From positions 1 through 41,908 of the IMG/VR virus record IMGVR_UViG_3300007643_000268: a stretch of 41,908 nt of DNA; one strand, given 5' to 3'. A program made the translations under genes and the position numbers. Source of the DNA: a virus (lineage: Duplodnaviria; Caudoviricetes). This document shows, in pieces, positions 35,851 through 41,908 of this stretch; the first letter of the stretch is position 1, and every line of letters begins with the position of its first letter. The notes under the pieces were generated by a model. That model made no database searches, was not told the origin of the DNA, and saw only the letters and a program-made list of their open reading frames with translations.

Positions 35851-37409
35851 GCCGCCATAACAATTCGAAGAAACGACAAAGATTGCGTTGTGCGATCTAT
35901 ACCCGCAAATCAACTGAGGAAGGTCTGGAACAGGAATTCAACACGCTCGATGCTCAACGCGAGTCTGGAGAGAACTACATTCTCAGCCAGACCGAAGAAG
36001 GCTGGGACTGCAGTACCACGCGATACGATGATGGTGGGTTTACTGGCGGGAATATGGATCGCCCCGCGTTGAAGCGGCTGATGGCCGACATCGAAGCCGG
36101 GAAGGTTGACATCGTGGTGGTTTACAAAGTCGACCGCCTTTCACGCTCGCTGCTCGACTTCACCAAGATTATGGAGACATTTGATCGATATGGTGTCTCG
36201 TTTGTTTCTGTGACGCAGCAGTTCAACACGACGACCTCCATGGGAAGGTTAATGCTGAATGTGTTGCTTTCGTTCGCACAATTTGAACGGGAGATCATCA
36301 GCGAGAGAACACGCGACAAGATGGCGGCCGCCCGTCGCAAAGGGAAATATGTTGGTGGAGCCCCGGTCCTGGGCTACGACATCGATCGCGGTGCATCGCG
36401 ATTAGTAGTCAATCGCAGAGAATCGGTGCATGTTCGGAGGATCTTTGAAACGTATCTTCAAATGGAATCGCTACTCGAAACGGTCAAAGAACTGACGCGA
36501 CTCGGATGGAAAACCAAGAGCTGGACCACTAAGAAAGGGAAGCAACGCGGTGGCCGTCCGTTTGATCGAAACTCGCTGTACAACCTGCTGACAAACGTGA
36601 TTTATCTTGGCAAGGTTCGCTATCGCGAAGAGACCTATGAAGGTCAACATGAAGCCATCGTCGATGCGGACCTGTTCGAAAATGTCCAGACGACGCTCAA
36701 GAACAACTACCGCAACGGTGGCAGCCAGACACGCAACAAATACGGAGCGCTGCTTAAAGGACTGCTGCACTGTTCCTCCTGCGATTGCGCGATGATTCAC
36801 ACCTACACATCCAAAGGTGCGAAACGATACCGCTACTACGTCTGCATGTATGCACAGAAACGAGGCTGGCATACCTGCACATCGAAATCGGTGCCAGCGC
36901 AGGAAATGGAACAGTATGTTGTCGACCAGATTCGAGGCATCGGTGTGGATGCTTCGCTCCTGACCGAGACGATCAATGCCATACGCAAGCAGTCGCAGGC
37001 CCAGGTCGAACAGATTGCGGAGGAGAAGAAAGGAATCGAGCAGGACCTGGAAACCAAGACCGCACTGCTCAACCACATTTCCAGTCGGCCAAATCCAGAG
37101 ATGGGACTGCTGGCTGATTTACATGAGCAGATTCGAACTGGCGAGCAGCGATTGACGGCCATCCGGGAAGAGCATCAACGAATCGAAGCAGCAGCCTTCA
37201 CCGAACAAGATGTGGCCGACTCACTGCGGGACTTCGAGCCTGTCTGGGAATCATTGACGACGCGAGAGAAAACACACGTTCTGCAGCTACTCATCGAACG
37301 GGTCAACTACGACGGGGAAGCGGGAACCATTTCGGTCACTTTTCACCCCGATGGCATCAAGATGTTTCAACAAGAATTCCAGACTGAGGAAGAACCATGC
37401 AAGAACTGA
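35847..37409 (+). CDS. Large serine recombinase (integrase)
   Basis: CAIYTRKS catalytic Ser, DRPALKRL, VYKVDRLSRS, recombinase domain, Zn ribbon (CSSC..YYVC..C) and coiled coil. ORF intact. Confidence 0.95.
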   Translation: MSRHNNSKKRQRLRCAIYTRKSTEEGLEQEFNTLDAQRESGENYILSQTEEGWDCSTTRYDDGGFTGGNMDRPALKRLMADIEAGKVDIVVVYKVDRLSRSLLDFTKIMETFDRYGVSFVSVTQQFNTTTSMGRLMLNVLLSFAQFEREIISERTRDKMAAARRKGKYVGGAPVLGYDIDRGASRLVVNRRESVHVRRIFETYLQMESLLETVKELTRLGWKTKSWTTKKGKQRGGRPFDRNSLYNLLTNVIYLGKVRYREETYEGQHEAIVDADLFENVQTTLKNNYRNGGSQTRNKYGALLKGLLHCSSCDCAMIHTYTSKGAKRYRYYVCMYAQKRGWHTCTSKSVPAQEMEQYVVDQIRGIGVDASLLTETINAIRKQSQAQVEQIAEEKKGIEQDLETKTALLNHISSRPNPEMGLLADLHEQIRTGEQRLTAIREEHQRIEAAAFTEQDVADSLRDFEPVWESLTTREKTHVLQLLIERVNYDGEAGTISVTFHPDGIKMFQQEFQTEEEPCKN

Positions 37410-37795
37410 CCGTAACCACCAAGGTCCATTTCACACGCGGACGTAGATCCAAGAAAGAGTTTCAGAACGGAGCCGCACCAAACGGCACCGTGCCGCCGAG
37501 GTTGCCACGGATCGCGAAGTTGATGGCCCTGGCAATACGGTTCGAAGGACTCGTCCGCGACGGCACAGTCGCCAACTTCGCGGATCTCGCCCGCCTCGGC
37601 CACGTCTCCCGCGCCCGCCTCTCTCAACTCATGCTCCTCCTGCAACTCGCTCCCGACATCCAAGAAGACCTGCTGTTCCTGCCACACGTGATATCTGGCA
37701 AGGATCCGATCACCGAACGCGACGTCCGACCAATCGCCATGATTCTGGATTGGGGAAAGCAGAGAGCCGCATGGAGCTCGATGCCAGAAAATTGA
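37397..37795 (+). CDS. Recombinase-associated HTH protein
   Basis: ADLARLGHVSRARLSQLM.L..LAPDIQE; overlaps the recombinase stop. Confidence 0.7.
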   Translation: MQELTVTTKVHFTRGRRSKKEFQNGAAPNGTVPPRLPRIAKLMALAIRFEGLVRDGTVANFADLARLGHVSRARLSQLMLLLQLAPDIQEDLLFLPHVISGKDPITERDVRPIAMILDWGKQRAAWSSMPEN

Positions 37796-37955
37796 GTCCA
37801 ACCTAATTATTGAATTGCTCACCCCTGCAATGGTTCGCCATGCCAGGGGTGATTTCGTATTTGGTGACACATGACGAGTAACTCTCGAAACTACCGCTGC
37901 CGTGCAGACTTTGATAGAGTTCAGTCATGGGTCAATCGCAAACCGGAACAGGCGG

Positions 37956-38165
37956 ATGACGAAACTAAGCGAGTACGTGAAAACTGCGGAAGCAGCGGAG
38001 ATTCTCGGTATTGCTCAGAACACTCTTCGGAAGTGGGCCGAGCAAGGGGAGATCCCTATGCACCGGAACCCGGCAAACGGATATCGGTTATTTCGAAGGA
38101 CCGACCTTCAGGAGTTTCTAGCAAAGGTTGCGAAAGCGGAAGTGAAATCGAAACAAGTCAAGTAA
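37956..38165 (+). CDS. MerR/excisionase-like HTH protein
   Basis: TAEAAEILGIAQNTLRKW..G.IP..R.P.NGYRLF. Confidence 0.85.
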   Translation: MTKLSEYVKTAEAAEILGIAQNTLRKWAEQGEIPMHRNPANGYRLFRRTDLQEFLAKVAKAEVKSKQVK

Positions 38166-38194
38166 TGCGCTGTAGCGACTAGAGGGCCATCCCT

Positions 38195-41100
38195 ATGAAG
38201 TTAATTACGAATATTGGAAGTGATCGTGTCGTTGATGAACTGCGAGGCTGCTTAAAGGACAGTTCGGAACTTCAACTGGCAACTCCAGAATTCTCGCTTT
38301 ATGCATTTGCTGAACTTCACAAAACTCTTAGTCAACTCAAATCCTGTCGTCTCATGCTTCCGGGAGGCGGTTTAGAAGACCTAGGCTTATTGGGTTCGGA
38401 AGCTGATCGTGGAGCACGAAACCAGTTGACGACTCGGTGGCTCGCACGTCAGTGCCAATCTTGGCTCTCACAAATGGTGCAAATCCGACAGACACCAGGA
38501 GCGTTGCCTCAGTCGGTTTTTTTAGCGGATCATAAGGATCAGTCGAAACGACGAGCGATCGCAGGAAGCTGCCCTTTCACGACGGATGGACTGGGCCTCA
38601 ATCCGGGAAATCAGCTGAGCCTTGTTCAATTATCAGAACTCGAAGACGAATGGGAGATGTACGCTTCGTGGTTCCGCTCGCAGTGGAACAGTCTTGCAGA
38701 ATCCGACGCTAAGGAGTGTCTTCTTGCAATGCTGCAATCGCTAGTCGAATTCAAAGCTCCAGCTCTAGCTTACCACCTTATCTTGTTCCATCTCTTCAAG
38801 GATCTTGGTGCCGAACTCGACGAAGAGAAAATCATCAAATCTGCTACGGGAATCCGAAACACAGTCGTCTGGAAGAAGCTCTTCAAGTTCCAGCGGGACG
38901 GAGTCATTGGTGCGATCGATAAACTTGAGCGACACGGTGGGTGTATTATCGCGGACAGTGTTGGTCTCGGAAAGACATTCGAAGCACTAGCAATCATTAA
39001 GTATTACGAGTTGCGTAACGATAGAGTCCTTGTCCTCGCTCCCAAACGCCTACGGGACAATTGGACGCTCTATAGAGCGAATGATCGTCGCAATGTTTTG
39101 GCTGCAGACCGGCTCAACTATGACGTACTAAACCACACCGACTTATCGCGGGATCGCGGAACGTCGGGTGATATTGACCTTGCTCACGTCAATTGGGGTA
39201 ACTACGACCTCGTCGTCATTGACGAGTCTCACAACTTTCGCAACAAGATCACGCACCGAGATCGAGAGAGTCGCTATCAGCGACTGATGCGCAAGGTTAT
39301 TCAGGAAGGTGTCAAAACACGTGTGTTGATGCTCTCCGCGACGCCAGTTAATAATCGATTGGCTGACCTCAAAAATCAGATTGCTTTTGTCACCGAAGGG
39401 GACGATACCGCTCTGTTCGATCATGGGATCCCCAGTATTGAGGCTACGGTGCGGCAGGCACAATTACAATTCAATCGCTGGTTGAATATGGAAGACACCG
39501 AGCGCACACCTGTGCGTCTCATGGAAATGTTGGGGTTTGACTACTTCACACTTCTTGATCTGTTAACGATCGCTCGATCACGAAAACATATCGAGAAGTA
39601 TTATGGTCTTGACGATACTGGAAGCTTTCCCACCCGTCTCAAGCCAATCAACATCAAGCCTGATGTCGATCTGGCGGGTGAGTTCCAATCGATCCGAGAA
39701 ATAAACAACGAGATACGTCGACTGAACCTCGCCTCCTATGCCCCACTGCGGTACGTTCTGCCTCACAAACAATCCGCCTACGATGCCAAATACAGCACTC
39801 AGATCAGGGGCGGAGAAAGTTTCTTTCGGCAGGTCGACCGCGAAGAAAGTTTGGTGCAACTGCTTCGTGTCAACGTATTGAAGCGAATGGAAAGTGCAGT
39901 TCCATCCTTTGCTTTGACGATTGAACGACAGCTCTCCGACGTCGAAGCGATGCTGGAGAAAATTGAGGCTCATGCCGAATCCGTTGATGAAGTAGATATT
40001 GCTGATGTGGATATCGATGATGCAGCCTTTGAAAGCCTCCTTGTCGGTCGGAAGGTCAAAGTCCTTCTCCAAGATGTGGATCTTGTCCGGTGGGAACAAG
40101 AATTAATTGAAGATCGCAACCGTCTAGCAACACTTCTCTCTGCAGCCCGACAAGTCAACGCAGCACGCGACGCCAAACTCGACGCACTACGTCAGGTCAT
40201 CACGCAAAAGTGCCAACAGCCCCTCAATTCCGGCAACAAGAAAGTCATCGTTTTCACGGCTTTCGCGGATACTGCTCGGTATCTCTACGAGCAACTCGCA
40301 CCGTGGGCTGAAGAGAATCTTGGACTACAAAGCGGTTTAGTAACGGGGACAGGCAAGAGTCGGACGACGCTTCCTTCGTTACGGACGGACTTGGCCAGTA
40401 TTCTGACAGCTTTTTCGCCGAGGTCCAAAGAACGTCCAGAGGACATGGAATCCGAGGGAGACATCGATCTCCTCATTGCGACCGACTGCATTTCGGAAGG
40501 CCAGAACCTGCAGGATTGCGACTACCTCATCAATTACGACATCCATTGGAACCCGGTTCGCATTATCCAGCGGTTCGGACGTATCGACCGAATCGGGTCA
40601 CCAAACACTTCCATCCAGTTGGTGAATTTCTGGCCCAACATGGAACTTGAGGAGTACATCAACCTCGAGCAACGAGTAAGCGGCCGCATGGTCTTGCTCG
40701 ACATTTCTGCCACCGGTGAAGAAAACATCATCGAGCAGCAGTCTGGCAACCAGATGAACGATCTGGAGTACCGCCGTAAACAACTGCTGAAACTTCAAGA
40801 TGCGGTCATCGACCTGGAAGATCTCTCGAGCGGAGTTTCAATCGCGGATCTCACCTTGACTGATTTTCGAGTTGACTTAGCAGGATATTACCGCGACCAC
40901 CGAGCACAGCTAGAGTCACTTCCGCTTGGACTTGTGACCGTCACCACAACGCTCGACGCGGGAGACTCTACGATTCCTCCCGGAACAATCTTCTGTTTAC
41001 GAGCTGAAGGAGAGGCAGCGAAACGTACAATTGAACCTGGATACCCGCTAGCTCCTCACTACCTCGTTCACGTTGGAGAAGACGGCAACGTTCTTTTGCC

Positions 41101-41908
41101 ATTTACTCAGGCGAAACAAGTTTTGGATCGATTGAAGCGACTTTGTATTGGCCGCGACCTACCCGATGCCGTGGCATGCAATCGCTTTGATCGAGTGACT
41201 CGGGACGGAGAGGATATGAACACCCTCCAAAAGTCTCTATCGGCAGCCATCGCGTCGGTCGTCGGGAAGAAGGAAGATCGAGCCGTCGCCAGCCTATTCT
41301 CTCCAGGTGGGACCCATGTCATGAAGGGGGAGTTCGCCGGCATCAACGACTTCGAAGTCGTCGCCTGCTTGGTGGTTCTCCCTCCAACGGATGACTCCCG
41401 AGAGCAAATTGTCTCGAAAGAGATTGCAGCATTCACGTTCAAATTCGAGCAGCCTGGTAATGGCTCTTTCACGTCCGCCGAACGGTACTTGTGTATTGAC
41501 GAAGCATGCACCGCACTCGCCGAAATGATTCAGGAGCTCGATTCTCCGGGCAATCTAAAAGTCGATGTGGTGCGAGCCGGAGTGATTGATGGATCGCTTT
41601 TAGTAGACTGCTCAATCGTTGCAATGGGCACCATTGCAGTATTTGGAGGCCTGGGAAATACCTTACATGCCTTTGGACTCGGCTTGGAACAGCTTGCCAG
41701 CGGAACTGAAAGATTTGCTGAACTCATGAGGTCTAGTGGACAATGGTTGAAGTGGGCCGCCTGCCGATTGACACCTCAATCCATGCCGGAAGTCCGGCGA
41801 CCGGGATGCTTCGGAATCATTGAGCAGTTGGATCGTCGCACAAGGCGCTGCCGGGACTGTGGTTTCCTTGACGAATGTGTTGCCGCAGTTGAAGGGGAGC
41901 ATTCGTGA
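38195..41908 (+). CDS. SNF2-family helicase with degenerate PLD-like N-terminus and an extra C-terminal domain; type often linked to restriction/defence loci
   Basis: ADSVGLGKT, DESHNFRN, LSATPVNN, SEGQNLQ, WNPVRIIQRFGRIDRIGS. Confidence 0.9.
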   Translation: MKLITNIGSDRVVDELRGCLKDSSELQLATPEFSLYAFAELHKTLSQLKSCRLMLPGGGLEDLGLLGSEADRGARNQLTTRWLARQCQSWLSQMVQIRQTPGALPQSVFLADHKDQSKRRAIAGSCPFTTDGLGLNPGNQLSLVQLSELEDEWEMYASWFRSQWNSLAESDAKECLLAMLQSLVEFKAPALAYHLILFHLFKDLGAELDEEKIIKSATGIRNTVVWKKLFKFQRDGVIGAIDKLERHGGCIIADSVGLGKTFEALAIIKYYELRNDRVLVLAPKRLRDNWTLYRANDRRNVLAADRLNYDVLNHTDLSRDRGTSGDIDLAHVNWGNYDLVVIDESHNFRNKITHRDRESRYQRLMRKVIQEGVKTRVLMLSATPVNNRLADLKNQIAFVTEGDDTALFDHGIPSIEATVRQAQLQFNRWLNMEDTERTPVRLMEMLGFDYFTLLDLLTIARSRKHIEKYYGLDDTGSFPTRLKPINIKPDVDLAGEFQSIREINNEIRRLNLASYAPLRYVLPHKQSAYDAKYSTQIRGGESFFRQVDREESLVQLLRVNVLKRMESAVPSFALTIERQLSDVEAMLEKIEAHAESVDEVDIADVDIDDAAFESLLVGRKVKVLLQDVDLVRWEQELIEDRNRLATLLSAARQVNAARDAKLDALRQVITQKCQQPLNSGNKKVIVFTAFADTARYLYEQLAPWAEENLGLQSGLVTGTGKSRTTLPSLRTDLASILTAFSPRSKERPEDMESEGDIDLLIATDCISEGQNLQDCDYLINYDIHWNPVRIIQRFGRIDRIGSPNTSIQLVNFWPNMELEEYINLEQRVSGRMVLLDISATGEENIIEQQSGNQMNDLEYRRKQLLKLQDAVIDLEDLSSGVSIADLTLTDFRVDLAGYYRDHRAQLESLPLGLVTVTTTLDAGDSTIPPGTIFCLRAEGEAAKRTIEPGYPLAPHYLVHVGEDGNVLLPFTQAKQVLDRLKRLCIGRDLPDAVACNRFDRVTRDGEDMNTLQKSLSAAIASVVGKKEDRAVASLFSPGGTHVMKGEFAGINDFEVVACLVVLPPTDDSREQIVSKEIAAFTFKFEQPGNGSFTSAERYLCIDEACTALAEMIQELDSPGNLKVDVVRAGVIDGSLLVDCSIVAMGTIAVFGGLGNTLHAFGLGLEQLASGTERFAELMRSSGQWLKWAACRLTPQSMPEVRRPGCFGIIEQLDRRTRRCRDCGFLDECVAAVEGEHS

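Larger units (their letters stand above)
1..37795. mobile_element. Siphovirus-like prophage, probably defective; left end outside the window, right end not defined
   Basis: Ordered terminase-portal-capsid-neck-tail-tape measure module, a replication module and a large serine recombinase. No att sites identified. Cargo may continue past 37795. Confidence 0.9.

Noticed and set aside
33195-37870. Long minus-strand ORFs (33195-33797, 35407-35913, 36471-37076, 37367-37870)
   Set aside because: Antisense shadows of well-supported plus-strand genes.

Overview
This window (moderately high GC) is a large part of a siphovirus-like prophage; its gene families point to a Planctomycetota host (my inference, no database search run). 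The leftward minus-strand arm (1-25012) runs, in transcription order: dATP/dGTP diphosphohydrolase, primase-polymerase/DUF3987, an iteron-type origin, a lambda-like cos candidate, ParB-DNA methylase, gpA-type terminase, gpW-like protein, lambda-type portal, protease-capsid fusion, neck genes, an unusual membrane protein/amidase/protease-thioredoxin cassette, tail tube, tail chaperones and tape measure. The rightward plus-strand arm (25614-41908) carries an ECF-like sigma factor, Sak4-like AAA ATPase, DUF669, RusA, SF2 helicase, small accessory genes, DUF2924 plus a large serine recombinase, an excisionase-like HTH and an SNF2 helicase. The element looks defective. A HEPN-motif gene appears to have replaced the capsid C-terminus and most of a head-tail gene, and an NDT-fold gene appears to have replaced parts of two regulatory-region genes. 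Other notable signals are a 54-bp element repeated three times at operon heads, a DeoR-sensor / tandem HTH-cupin pair, an unannotated 8-Cys mini-protein and a -1 frameshift candidate. I found no CRISPR array, tRNA, rRNA or att site. Product calls rest on motif recognition and gene order only.
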